Below, in pieces: positions 36,037-45,100 of a DNA stretch of 64,000 nucleotides (position 1 is the stretch's first letter; each line of letters opens with the position of its first letter). Under the pieces are notes generated by a model. That model had not been told where the DNA came from and searched no databases. It was given only the letters and a program-made list of their open reading frames with translations. Source of the DNA: an uncultured Acidimicrobiia bacterium (GTDB lineage: Bacteria > Actinomycetota > Acidimicrobiia > Spongiisociales > UBA4744); NCBI GenBank assembly GCA_964594235.1, contig CAZQMF010000001.1, forward strand, positions 22,509-86,508, in the 5' to 3' direction. The position numbers and the translations under genes were made by a program.

Positions 36037-38438
36037 CCAGGTTCGAGCCGGATCCTTTTCAACGAGAAGCGGTTGACGCTATTGCATCGGGCGAGTCGGT
36101 CGTGGTGAGCGCCCCGACAGGTTCGGGCAAGACCCTCGTTGCCGAGTTCGCGATCGATGGAGCGCTCGGACGCGGCAGGAAGGCGTTCTACACCACACCA
36201 CTGAAAGCGCTCTCCAACCAGAAGTTCAACGATTTCGGTCGACTCTACCCGGATGTGGGGTTGCTCACGGGAGACAACACGATCAACGGCGAGGCACCGC
36301 TCGTCGTGATGACGACCGAGGTGCTGAGGAACATGATCTATGCGAACTCGCCCGCATTGGACAGCCTGGAGGTCGTGGTCCTCGACGAGGTGCACTACCT
36401 TCAGGATCCGTCCAGGGGAGCAGTGTGGGAGGAGATAATCGTCCACGCGCCGGCAGGCGTACAACTGGTCTGCCTCTCTGCAACCGTGTCCAATGCAGAC
36501 GAGTTCGCTGCGTGGGTGCGGAGTCGGAGGGGTCCCACGAGCCTCATCCAGGAGGATCGGCGACCAGTGCCTCTTGTGAACCTGTACGCCCTGAAGGACC
36601 GCTGGGACGATGCGGTGATACTCGAGCGCATGTTCGCCGACCAGAAGGTCAACCACACCATCGAGTCTCGAGTCACCGGCAGGAAGGCGAGACGCTATGC
36701 GACGCCGAGGCGCAACGAGACCGTGGCGGCATTGGCGGCGAGGGACATGCTGCCCGCCATCTATTTCATCTTTTCGAGAGCGGGCTGCGACGACGCCTCC
36801 CGCAGGCTTGTCGAGGCAGGAGCGCGTTTCACGAATCTTATGGAGATCGAAGAGATACGATCCGTCGCCGAGCGTCAGACGGCCCACCTCGACTCTCGAG
36901 ACCTGGTGGCGCTCGACTACGACGAGTGGCTGCACGGCCTCGAGGCGGGGATCGCGCCACATCACGCAGGCATGGTTCCTGCATTCAAGGAGACGGTCGA
37001 GGAGCTGTTTGCTCGGGGTCTCGTGAAGGTGGTGTTTGCGACCGAGACGTTGTCGCTTGGGATCAACATGCCCGCCCGGACGGTCGTCCTCGAGAACCTG
37101 AGCAGATTCACCGGAGAGACCCACGAGTTCCTCCGTCCTGGTGACTACACCCAGTTGACCGGACGCGCCGGGCGGAGGGGGATCGATGAGGTCGGATACG
37201 GTGTGGTGCTGCATTCCCGGTACGTGCCTTTCGTGAGAGTCACGGAACTCGCTCGCGCGGGATCGCACGCGCTCGCGTCGAGCTTCCGGCCCTCCTACAA
37301 CATGGCTGTGAATCTCATCGCGAACTACCCGCGTGATCGGGCAGAGCGCCTCCTTGGAGCGTCCTTCGGACAGTTCCTCGCGTCGAAAGGAATCGCGTCA
37401 AGACGGCGGTTGCTGAAACGTCAAGAGCTGCAACTCGAGGAGCTCCGCACAAGGGCGACGTGTGAGCGGGGCGATGTCGGCGACTATGTCCGACAGATGC
37501 AGCACTCAGGGTCATACGACGTGGGTGACATCCTCGAGACCACCGAGGGTCGTGGCATCGTCGTGAAACGCCGGCACGGAAAACGAGTCGAACTGGTGAT
37601 GATGACGGAGGATGGACGACTGTTGACGTTGGACCCTCGCATCTATCGCGACGCGCAGAAGGTTGGATGGATGGCCGTCGATGATGCCCGCAGGGTGACC
37701 GTCGATGCCGCGTACAGGAAGCACCTGGCTCGACGGATCGTCGATGGGATGACTCGGCATCCGGTCGCTTCGTGCCCCGATCGCGAGGCACACGCCGCTG
37801 CCCACAGGCGCTTGACGAGGCTTCAGCGTCGGGTCGATCGCCTCCACGCTGAACTCGAGAGGACGAGCGGCAGCCTCATCGACGAACTGGATCGAATCCT
37901 CGCGTTGTTGGAAGCGTTGGGCTACGTGGAGGGATGGTCGCTGACCGAGCAGGGGGAACGACTCAGATCGATCTACTCGGACACGGATGTGTTGCTCTGC
38001 GAAGCGATTCGAAACAGACTGCTGGACGATCTCGAACCGGCCGAGATGGCGTCGCTGATCTCGATGACCGTGTACGAGGCCCGCCGGGCCGAAACCATCA
38101 CACAGGAGTGGCCCACACCAGGCCTCGCAGAGCGAGGCGTGCAGGTGGAATCGTTGTGGGAAGGGCTCGTCGACCGGGAGCAGTCCCTGCGTCTGCCTCG
38201 AACACGTCCTCCGGAGAGGGGCTTCATGGATGCCGCGTACCGTTGGGCATCGGGCGCCGACCTCGACGAGCTGCCCGACGTTGCCGGTGCGGGCGACTTC
38301 GTACGAACCTCTCGCCAGTTGCTCGATGTGATGCGCCAGGTACGGGACGCAATTCCTCGGCTCAGGAGCCCGATGGTCGAAGCGATCAGGGCAATGGATC
38401 GCGGCGTCGTGGCGGCTCCGAGGCATGAACATGAGTGA
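36033..38438 (+). CDS. helY: Ski2-like DEAD/DEAH-box helicase HelY
   Basis: Motif I SAPTGSGKT, motif II VVLDEVHYL, motif III LSATVSN. ATGA overlap with tatC. Confidence 0.9.
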   Translation: MTRFEPDPFQREAVDAIASGESVVVSAPTGSGKTLVAEFAIDGALGRGRKAFYTTPLKALSNQKFNDFGRLYPDVGLLTGDNTINGEAPLVVMTTEVLRNMIYANSPALDSLEVVVLDEVHYLQDPSRGAVWEEIIVHAPAGVQLVCLSATVSNADEFAAWVRSRRGPTSLIQEDRRPVPLVNLYALKDRWDDAVILERMFADQKVNHTIESRVTGRKARRYATPRRNETVAALAARDMLPAIYFIFSRAGCDDASRRLVEAGARFTNLMEIEEIRSVAERQTAHLDSRDLVALDYDEWLHGLEAGIAPHHAGMVPAFKETVEELFARGLVKVVFATETLSLGINMPARTVVLENLSRFTGETHEFLRPGDYTQLTGRAGRRGIDEVGYGVVLHSRYVPFVRVTELARAGSHALASSFRPSYNMAVNLIANYPRDRAERLLGASFGQFLASKGIASRRRLLKRQELQLEELRTRATCERGDVGDYVRQMQHSGSYDVGDILETTEGRGIVVKRRHGKRVELVMMTEDGRLLTLDPRIYRDAQKVGWMAVDDARRVTVDAAYRKHLARRIVDGMTRHPVASCPDREAHAAAHRRLTRLQRRVDRLHAELERTSGSLIDELDRILALLEALGYVEGWSLTEQGERLRSIYSDTDVLLCEAIRNRLLDDLEPAEMASLISMTVYEARRAETITQEWPTPGLAERGVQVESLWEGLVDREQSLRLPRTRPPERGFMDAAYRWASGADLDELPDVAGAGDFVRTSRQLLDVMRQVRDAIPRLRSPMVEAIRAMDRGVVAAPRHEHE

Positions 38439-39324
38439 GTGGCTCGTCCTCGTCAACCCGCTCGCCGGGAAGGGTCGGCATGCCGACCAGCGGACTCGGG
38501 GGGCCTTGGCAGCGTACGGGATCGGCGCCGACGTCGTTGTGCCCACGACACCGACAGCCATGCGGATAGCGGTGGACGCCGGCGTCGAGGAGGGGCGGAC
38601 GCGCTTTGTGGCTGTCGGCGGCGACGGGACTGCGAACCTGGTGGCGGACCAACTCCTCTCACACCCTTGGTCGACACCACCAGTACTCGGGCTACTCCCC
38701 GGAGGATCTGGCTCGGACCTCGCCAGGTCGTTTGAGATCCCCCAGCGCATCGAGGACGCCGTGGCAACGCTGCGCGGGGATGCCATTGCCATCGTGGACG
38801 TGGGGGTTCTGGAAGGACGGTGGGGATCGAGAAGGTTCGTGAACTGCGCGGAGTCAGGCCTCACGGCGGCCGTACTGCACCGATCGATGCGTCTACCGCG
38901 ATGGCTGGGATCTGTGAAGTACCACCTTGCCCTCGGGCTCGTGTACCCGAGGGTGCAGCTCGCCACGATGACGGTTCGCGCTGGTGGGAACGAATTCCGA
39001 GGGAGCTCGCTCCTCGCAGTGTTCGCGAATGGCCGCTACTTCGCCGGTGGATGGAAGATCGCCCCTGAGGCATCGGTGTCGGACGGATTGTTCGACATCC
39101 AGGTGTTCGAGGCAACGAAACGAGACATCCCGCGCTTGTGGTGGCTCGCAAAGTCGGGCGCCCATGTTGACGAACCCAACATCCATCACTTCACAGCCGA
39201 GACCTTCACGCTGGAGGTTGCGGATGGTTGGCCGATTGAGGCCGACGGTGAATACTTCGGGGAGGGATCGATACGAGGCAGCATTATTCGATCTGCGCTC
39301 TCCATCAAGATTCTCGACCCGTAG
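38425..39324 (+). CDS. Diacylglycerol/lipid kinase (YegS/BmrU family)
   Basis: LVLVNPLAGKG and VAVGGDGTANLV motifs. Start is 38425 or 38431. Confidence 0.85.
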   Translation: MNMSEWLVLVNPLAGKGRHADQRTRGALAAYGIGADVVVPTTPTAMRIAVDAGVEEGRTRFVAVGGDGTANLVADQLLSHPWSTPPVLGLLPGGSGSDLARSFEIPQRIEDAVATLRGDAIAIVDVGVLEGRWGSRRFVNCAESGLTAAVLHRSMRLPRWLGSVKYHLALGLVYPRVQLATMTVRAGGNEFRGSSLLAVFANGRYFAGGWKIAPEASVSDGLFDIQVFEATKRDIPRLWWLAKSGAHVDEPNIHHFTAETFTLEVADGWPIEADGEYFGEGSIRGSIIRSALSIKILDP

Positions 39325-39426
39325 AACGCTCTCTCGAACGTTTCACCACACTTCGACAGGAGTGGGTATACTCTCGCCGCCCCTCCGGCTGAGGGGCAGG
39401 GTGATTCCGGAGACAGGGAAGTCGAG

Positions 39427-39957
39427 ATGAATCGCGACACCTTCGACGACGTGGACGACGAGCTCGAATACGAGGAAGTTGACGCGCCGGACGACCTCGA
39501 GGAGTTGGACGAAGAGGACGCCGGCGACATCGACGAGTTCGAGGATGCAGACGAGGTCGACGACGATGAAGATGGCCTCGACCTGGACGACCTGGGTCTC
39601 GATCTCGCAGAAGGCTTCGGCGACGCGAGCTCCAGCAGCGCCGACGTCGAGGAGGACGAGGTCGAAGACGGGGGCGACGATGAGGACGAGGACGAAGTAG
39701 CCGCCGAAGAGAACGAAGAAGCCCTGGAAGAACTCGAGGCCGAAGAACTCGAACTCCTCGACGACGAGGTAGCGGAGACGCTCCTCCTCGACGAAGCAGC
39801 GGAACTTCGAGCCATCCGAAGAGCTGAGCTCACTCTCGATGCGGACGCCGAGAGCATCCGAGGAGACGAATTCGTGTGTCAGTCCTGCTTCCTGGTCAAA
39901 CGCACCAGCCAGCTCGCCAACAAGCGGAAGCTAATCTGCAAGGACTGTGCCGACTGA
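39427..39957 (+). CDS. DUF4193-type protein with hyperacidic N-terminal extension
   Basis: C-terminus DEFVCQSCFLVKRTSQLANKRKLICKDCAD (CxxC...CxxC). The preceding ~120 aa are dominated by D/E. Confidence 0.75.
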   Translation: MNRDTFDDVDDELEYEEVDAPDDLEELDEEDAGDIDEFEDADEVDDDEDGLDLDDLGLDLAEGFGDASSSSADVEEDEVEDGGDDEDEDEVAAEENEEALEELEAEELELLDDEVAETLLLDEAAELRAIRRAELTLDADAESIRGDEFVCQSCFLVKRTSQLANKRKLICKDCAD

Positions 39958-40669
39958 TCCCTCGTCTGTCGCCGTTGTCATACCCACGTACAACGAGCGA
40001 GAGAATCTCTCATCCATCGTCAACTCGGTGACCCGGTTTGGGTATCGCGTACTGGTGGTCGACGACAACTCTCCCGACGGAACCGGTGACCTGGCCGACG
40101 GGCTGGCGCACGAGAGTGAACTGGTGCGTGTCCTCCACAGGACTTCGAAACAGGGTCTCGGACCCGCCTATGCAGACGGATTCCGCCAGGCCATTGGCGC
40201 CGGTGCGGAGATCCTGTGCGAGATGGATGCCGACTTCTCGCACGATCCCGCCACTCTTCCCAGACTCGTCGCTGCAGTCGAACGGGGAGCGGACCTCGCG
40301 ATCGGGAGCAGATACGTCGAGGGAGGTGGCGTACCCGACTGGCCATTTCACCGGCGGATGCTCTCGAAGGGCGGAAACACGTACGCGAAGCTGATGCTTC
40401 AACTGCCGGTGAACGACGCAACTGGGGGATTCAGGGCGTTCCGGAAGGAAGCGCTCACCCGTCTGCATCCAGAGACGTGCCTCGCGTCCGGCTATGCGTT
40501 CCAAGTCGAGATGACCTGGCGAGCCGTACGGGAAGGCATGCGAATAGAGGAGGTTCCCATCACGTTCCGAGACCGAACGGCTGGGAAGTCGAAGATGGGG
40601 CTTCCTATCGTGCTCGAAGCGATGTGGCTGGTCACCAAATGGGGTGTGACACGAAGGGATCGACGGTGA
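39947..40669 (+). CDS. ppm1: Polyprenol-phosphate mannose synthase (GT2, Ppm1/Dpm1-like)
   Basis: VVIPTYNERENL, VVDDNSPDGT, DADFSHDP motifs. GTG start. Confidence 0.88.
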   Translation: MPTDPSSVAVVIPTYNERENLSSIVNSVTRFGYRVLVVDDNSPDGTGDLADGLAHESELVRVLHRTSKQGLGPAYADGFRQAIGAGAEILCEMDADFSHDPATLPRLVAAVERGADLAIGSRYVEGGGVPDWPFHRRMLSKGGNTYAKLMLQLPVNDATGGFRAFRKEALTRLHPETCLASGYAFQVEMTWRAVREGMRIEEVPITFRDRTAGKSKMGLPIVLEAMWLVTKWGVTRRDRR

Positions 40670-41103
40670 CGGGCCCATCGTCGAGGTTCGCCATTTCAGA
40701 TGATGTCGACGATCTGATTCGCCTCTACCGACTGCTCGACGAGGAGATGGCGGCGCTCCGGCCCGGCTGGTCGGTGACGGACGGGCTCCCCGAGCCCATC
40801 GAGCGTACGCTTGACTCGAGGCTCGGTGGCTGCGTCGTCGGCCTCTTCGACGGCGTGCCGGTCGGATTCCTCGTGGCTGACCTGACACCACCCATCTGCG
40901 AGATCGAGATCATGTACACACACCCGGAAGCTCGAGGAGTGGGTGTGGGCGAGGCGATGATGAGCCTACTGAAATCAGAAGCGAAAACACGAGGCATTGG
41001 TTCATTCGATGTATCGGTGCTACCCGGACATCGTGCGGCGAAGAACTTCTTCGAAGGGGAGGGCTTCAAGGCGCGGCTGATCATCATGCACCACGATGAG
41101 TGA
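40666..41103 (+). CDS. GNAT-family N-acetyltransferase
   Basis: GTG 40666 overlaps the ppm1 stop (GTGA). Acetyl-CoA motif ARGVGVGEAMM. Track extension to 40216 rejected. Confidence 0.75.
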   Translation: MTGPSSRFAISDDVDDLIRLYRLLDEEMAALRPGWSVTDGLPEPIERTLDSRLGGCVVGLFDGVPVGFLVADLTPPICEIEIMYTHPEARGVGVGEAMMSLLKSEAKTRGIGSFDVSVLPGHRAAKNFFEGEGFKARLIIMHHDE

Positions 41104-41509
41104 CCGCCGCCCGGTCCCAGGCGTGGGTGCCGTCGTCATTCGAGACGGATCCTTGCTGCTGATCCGGCGGGGCAGGGGAGCGAACCAGGGATTGTGGGCG
41201 GTGCCGGGAGGCAAGGTCGAGTACGGTGAGACCCTGCGAGACGCCGTCTCGCGTGAGACGCTCGAGGAGACGGGTTATGTCGTCTCGGTCGGCGACATCG
41301 CATGGGCCGGCGACGCGATTGGGCCCGGTGATCCTCCGGAGTGGCACTACACCTTGATCGACTTCTACGCGACCGTGGTGGGCGGTGAGCTTGCGGTCGG
41401 CGACGATGCGGCCGCCGTCGAGTGGGTGCCGTTGGAGGCCGTACTGCTACGTCCGGTCACACCCACGATGGTGGACCTCATGCAGGTGCTTGATCAGAGA
41501 AGGATCTGA
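41096..41509 (+). CDS. NUDIX hydrolase
   Basis: Nudix box GGKVEYGETLRDAVSRETLEETG. Confidence 0.85.
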   Translation: MSDRRPVPGVGAVVIRDGSLLLIRRGRGANQGLWAVPGGKVEYGETLRDAVSRETLEETGYVVSVGDIAWAGDAIGPGDPPEWHYTLIDFYATVVGGELAVGDDAAAVEWVPLEAVLLRPVTPTMVDLMQVLDQRRI

Positions 41510-42605
41510 AGATCAACCCGGCGAGCGGCTTTGGCATGAACAGGGTCGTCTTGCGGGGAAAGCGCACGTTGTCATCAGCGGCCTCGGAGACGGCCTCATC
41601 AGGGACGGGTGCCATCAACATGACAGCGCCCTCTGCGTGGTCCGAGAGGCGACGAAGGAGTCGATCAGGATCTCCGTGGAACTCCGCTTCGCTCTCGTGC
41701 ACGCCGAGGGTCGGGTAGAGCAGCTCGCGGGCGACCGCAGTACTCGCGAGCTGCCACGGACGGGGAAGCTGCTGAAGCGCCTCCGGTCGGGGGATCAGGT
41801 GCCACGAACCGGACTCGAGCACCACCGTGATCGTCCCGGGTTCGGTCGGGACGACCGCCGGTCCCTGGCGAACATCGAAGCGGCCTTCGGGCGAGGTCCA
41901 GGAGAGAACAGGGAAGAATCGGTGGATCGGCCTGATGTCTAGACCGCTTCCTTCGGCGGGCGCGACGAAGGCCATGATCGAGTCCCAGGGTCCTGGGACT
42001 CCTCGCGATGCACGGAACTCGAGAGCAGCGGAGTAGCGGTGGTGTCCGTCGGCGATCGCCAGAGGGTGTGCGTCGATGGCCGGACCGACGTTCGGATCGT
42101 ACAGGTCGTACACGGCATGGCGTACGCCCTCACGTTCAACAACCCATCGAGGCGGTCCGGTCGGCTCCAACAAGCGGGCAAGCGCGCGAGAGGGTGACAA
42201 TGCAATGATGAGGTCGAGGTTGGCTTGGGTCGCTTCGAGGAGCTGCCGGCGATCTGCGCCTGTACGGCTCATGGTCTCCTCGTGCGCGAGAACCCGGGGT
42301 CCGAACTCCTCGACCTCTATCGCACCGACGACACCGCGAGCTTCCCTGGCGAGTCCATCGTTCGCACGAAACTGCATCGTGTACAAGTAGGTTCGTGGTG
42401 TCGGATCTGTTCGAATCGCCCCAGAACTCCTCCAACTCGAGAGCAGTCGAGAAGCCTGATCGTGGGACTGGGGGAGGAGCAGGCGGGCGATGTTGTGGGG
42501 TGACGATTCCCGAAACGGGGCGACATCGTCGATCATGTCGTACGGCGGGCTCGTCGAGGCGGCCACGTCATCGGCGAAGTAGGAGCCTCGGAAGGGTGTG
42601 AACAT
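41478..42605 (-). CDS. DUF1015-family protein
   Basis: Start ATG 42605 gives MFTPFRGSYF...SPPYDMIDD, matching the family N-terminus as recollected. 375 aa. Confidence 0.7.
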   Translation of the reverse strand: MFTPFRGSYFADDVAASTSPPYDMIDDVAPFRESSPHNIARLLLPQSHDQASRLLSSWRSSGAIRTDPTPRTYLYTMQFRANDGLAREARGVVGAIEVEEFGPRVLAHEETMSRTGADRRQLLEATQANLDLIIALSPSRALARLLEPTGPPRWVVEREGVRHAVYDLYDPNVGPAIDAHPLAIADGHHRYSAALEFRASRGVPGPWDSIMAFVAPAEGSGLDIRPIHRFFPVLSWTSPEGRFDVRQGPAVVPTEPGTITVVLESGSWHLIPRPEALQQLPRPWQLASTAVARELLYPTLGVHESEAEFHGDPDRLLRRLSDHAEGAVMLMAPVPDEAVSEAADDNVRFPRKTTLFMPKPLAGLIFRSFSDQAPA

Positions 42606-43401
42606 GTCCGAAGTTGTAGCGAGTGACCAAAGGCAAGGCAATATCGTCTGCGATCTCGACGGGGTGATCTACCGCGGATCGACGCCTATCGAAGGGGCAG
42701 CTGACGCGCTACGACAACTGGAGTCGAAAGGGTTCACGATTCTCTTTGTGACCAACAACTCGATCGCGACCGTAGAGGCGACAGCGAGGAAGATCGCAGA
42801 GATCAGCGGATACGAGGCGTCCGTCGATCAGATTCTGGGATCGGCGGAGGCCGCAGCGACGATTCTCCAATCGGACAAACCCGACACCATGGTGGTCGGT
42901 GGGGACGGTATCGTCGAAGCGCTTTCGGCCAGATCCATTCCGATGACAGAGGACCCGGCTGCCGCACGGGCAGTTGTCGTAGGGCTCGACAGGGAGTTCT
43001 CCTACGTGAAGCTGGACGCCGCCGCCACGGCTATCCGCGGAGGCGCTCGATTCATCGCGACGAATACCGACGTCACGTTCCCGGGTTCGGGGGGGATCCA
43101 TCCTGGAGCCGGTGCGATCGTGGCGGCGATCGAGGTCGCTTCGGGCGTGCGACCGCTGGTCGCGGGCAAGCCTCACTCGGCGATTCGTGCCCTCATCAGA
43201 GAGCGGATCAAGCCCGGACCCGTGTGGGTTGTCGGGGATCGGCCCGAAACCGACCTGGCGATGGCGAGGGCCGAACGGTGGCACGCAGCGCTCGTGCTCA
43301 CAGGGATCGCCACGTCTGAGAAGGACGTTCCCAAGGGACTGGAGCCCGACGTGATCATCGACTCGATCGTCAACCTGCCTGAACGAATCGACCCCGTGTG
43401 A
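42598..43401 (+). CDS. HAD-IIA family phosphatase (NagD-like)
   Basis: Motif I CDLDGVIYRG, motif II VTNNS, motif IV GDRPETDL. Start is GTG 42598 or ATG 42604. Confidence 0.85.
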   Translation: MNMSEVVASDQRQGNIVCDLDGVIYRGSTPIEGAADALRQLESKGFTILFVTNNSIATVEATARKIAEISGYEASVDQILGSAEAAATILQSDKPDTMVVGGDGIVEALSARSIPMTEDPAAARAVVVGLDREFSYVKLDAAATAIRGGARFIATNTDVTFPGSGGIHPGAGAIVAAIEVASGVRPLVAGKPHSAIRALIRERIKPGPVWVVGDRPETDLAMARAERWHAALVLTGIATSEKDVPKGLEPDVIIDSIVNLPERIDPV

Positions 43402-44107
43402 GGCGACGCCGGTGCGCGAGGAGCGCCGGTCGCAGCACCATCGCGACCACCGCTCCGAACAAGAACCCGCCGATGTGCGCCTGCCAGGCGACGCCCGTCC
43501 CGCTCACGAAGAACTGGCCTACGAGCCATACACCGAGAAACAGGGCGGCAGGGAGGGCAATGGGGAGGAAGAACAGAATCGGGAACACCGAGACGATCCT
43601 CGCCTTCGGATAGAGGACCAGGTAGGCCCCCATCACTCCCGCGATCGCGCCGGAGGCCCCGACAAGCGGCGTGGTGGCGTTTGGTGTCGACAGCACGAAC
43701 GTGGCGGTCGCAACAACCCCTGAGAGCAGATAGAAGATCAGATACCCGAGTTTCCCGAACGCGTCCTCGACGTTGTTGCCGAAAATCCACAGCACCCACA
43801 AGTTGCCGGCGAGATGCCAGAAGCTCGCGTGCAGGAACATGGAAACGAGGACGCTCTCCCACAGGGTCTTCTCTGGAAAGAGCGGGGGTGGGCTCGAGAC
43901 GTCCGAACATCCGTTGAGATCTCCGTGATCGAGAAGCGCTCCGGACGACAGCTCGCAGGGAATCGCGGCGTGTGCAAGGTCGAATTCGTACGCTGCCTGT
44001 TCGGTGTGGGGTTGCACGAAAAAGAACACGAAGGTCGCCACACCGATGATCAGCCAGGTGACCAACGGCCGGGTGACACCAGGATTCGCGTCACGGATCG
44101 GAATCAA
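43370..44107 (-). CDS. Rhomboid-family intramembrane serine protease
   Basis: TTG 44107 is preceded by AGGAGAGG. HxxxN region FWHLAGNLWVLWIFG, catalytic GASGAIAGVMGAY, His in AHIGGFLFG. Track extension to 44845 rejected. Confidence 0.85.
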   Translation of the reverse strand: MIPIRDANPGVTRPLVTWLIIGVATFVFFFVQPHTEQAAYEFDLAHAAIPCELSSGALLDHGDLNGCSDVSSPPPLFPEKTLWESVLVSMFLHASFWHLAGNLWVLWIFGNNVEDAFGKLGYLIFYLLSGVVATATFVLSTPNATTPLVGASGAIAGVMGAYLVLYPKARIVSVFPILFFLPIALPAALFLGVWLVGQFFVSGTGVAWQAHIGGFLFGAVVAMVLRPALLAHRRRLTRGRFVQAG

Positions 44108-44131
44108 ATGACCTCTCCTGTCGTGGTGGTC

Positions 44132-44140
44132 TGTGATAAT
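44132..44140 (+). promoter_or_regulatory. Extended -10 promoter (TGtGATAAT) for a leaderless transcript
   Basis: The hexamer GATAAT ends 7 nt before the A of ATG 44148. Confidence 0.45.
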
Positions 44141-44147
44141 GCCAGCG

Positions 44148-44282
44148 ATGGATGATACGCACGTGGCCCAGCTTCTCGCCGAACTCGCGGACGCCGACCC
44201 CGCAGAAGCGGCCGAGATCGCCGAACGACTCGCGCAATTGCTCGCGAGCCGCCTCGAGATGGACGAGGAGCCGTCCGCCTGA
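44148..44282 (+). CDS. Small acidic hypothetical protein (44 aa, absent from the ORF track)
   Basis: Own translation: MDDTHVAQLLAELADADPAEAAEIAERLAQLLASRLEMDEEPSA. Leaderless geometry. Sits directly upstream of tlyA. Confidence 0.45.
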   Translation: MDDTHVAQLLAELADADPAEAAEIAERLAQLLASRLEMDEEPSA

Positions 44283-44299
44283 CACGTCGACGCCTCGAC

Positions 44300-45076
44300 G
44301 TGGAGCTCGTCCGAAGGGGGCTCGCCGAAAGCCGATCCGCCGCGAAGGACCTGATAGCACGCGGACTTGTCTCGGTCGCCGGTTTCCCTGCAGGTAAGGC
44401 GAACACGCTGGTCGACGACCAGGTATCGATCTCCATCGGGGACTCCGGACGACGCTTCGTCTCGCGCGGAGGCGAGAAGCTCGCCGGTGCACTCGACGTC
44501 TTCCCCATCAACGTCGAAGGTTCCAACTGCCTCGACGCGGGCGCATCCACCGGTGGGTTCACCGACTGTCTGCTCCAGGCCGGCGCAGCATCCGTCACTG
44601 CGGTCGACGTTGGGTACGGGCAGCTCGCTTGGCGATTGCAGACTGATTCTCGTGTTCGCGTGATCGAACGCACGAACGTCCGACACGCCGACCCGGCGAA
44701 CCTCGGCGCCCCGTTCGACATCGTCGTCGCGGACCTCTCGTTCATCTCGCTGTGCGTTGTTGTGTCTGTCCTGGCCGCGTGTGGCAGGTCGGGAACCGAC
44801 TACATCGTGCTCGTGAAGCCTCAGTTCGAAGCAGGTCGGGAGCATGTCGGCAAGGGCGGGATCGTCCGCGACGCACTGGTACGTCTCGAAGCGGTCGACA
44901 AGGTGATCGGATGCTTCGCTGCTGCAGGACTCGGCACGAGGGGCCTCATGCGTTCACCGCTGCAAGGTACGGACGGGAACATCGAGTTTCTGCTGTGGGC
45001 CCGGTGCGGGGAGGGGAACCTGCACGCCGCTCCGGCGGATCTCGACGAGGGGGTATCGTACGTCCCGTATCCATAG
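44300..45076 (+). CDS. tlyA: TlyA-family rRNA 2'-O-methyltransferase
   Basis: S4-like N-terminus ELVRRGLAESRSAAKDLI, FVSRGGEKL, SAM motif LDAGASTGGFTDCLLQAGA. GTG 44300. The upstream in-frame codons RRRLD suggest a possible non-canonical earlier start. Confidence 0.88.
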   Translation: MELVRRGLAESRSAAKDLIARGLVSVAGFPAGKANTLVDDQVSISIGDSGRRFVSRGGEKLAGALDVFPINVEGSNCLDAGASTGGFTDCLLQAGAASVTAVDVGYGQLAWRLQTDSRVRVIERTNVRHADPANLGAPFDIVVADLSFISLCVVVSVLAACGRSGTDYIVLVKPQFEAGREHVGKGGIVRDALVRLEAVDKVIGCFAAAGLGTRGLMRSPLQGTDGNIEFLLWARCGEGNLHAAPADLDEGVSYVPYP

Positions 45077-45100
45077 CATGATGACTCTGAGGTTGAGCAC

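Noticed and set aside
35982-38966. 428-aa and 484-aa minus-strand ORFs antisense to helY
   Set aside because: The helY frame carries complete helicase motifs I-III. The antisense translations are compositionally biased and motif-free.
41478-43401. Two convergent gene pairs whose 3' ends each overlap by exactly 32 nt (Nudix/DUF1015 at 41478-41509; HAD/rhomboid at 43370-43401)
   Set aside because: Convergent overlaps occur in compact genomes. The identical length appears coincidental, and the overlapping sequences are not similar.
44108-44845. N-terminal 246-aa extension of the rhomboid ORF in the track (start 44845)
   Set aside because: The extension is antisense to tlyA and to the small acidic ORF, and it lacks TM segments. 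A TTG with a strong AGGAGAGG site at 44107 gives a normal-length rhomboid.
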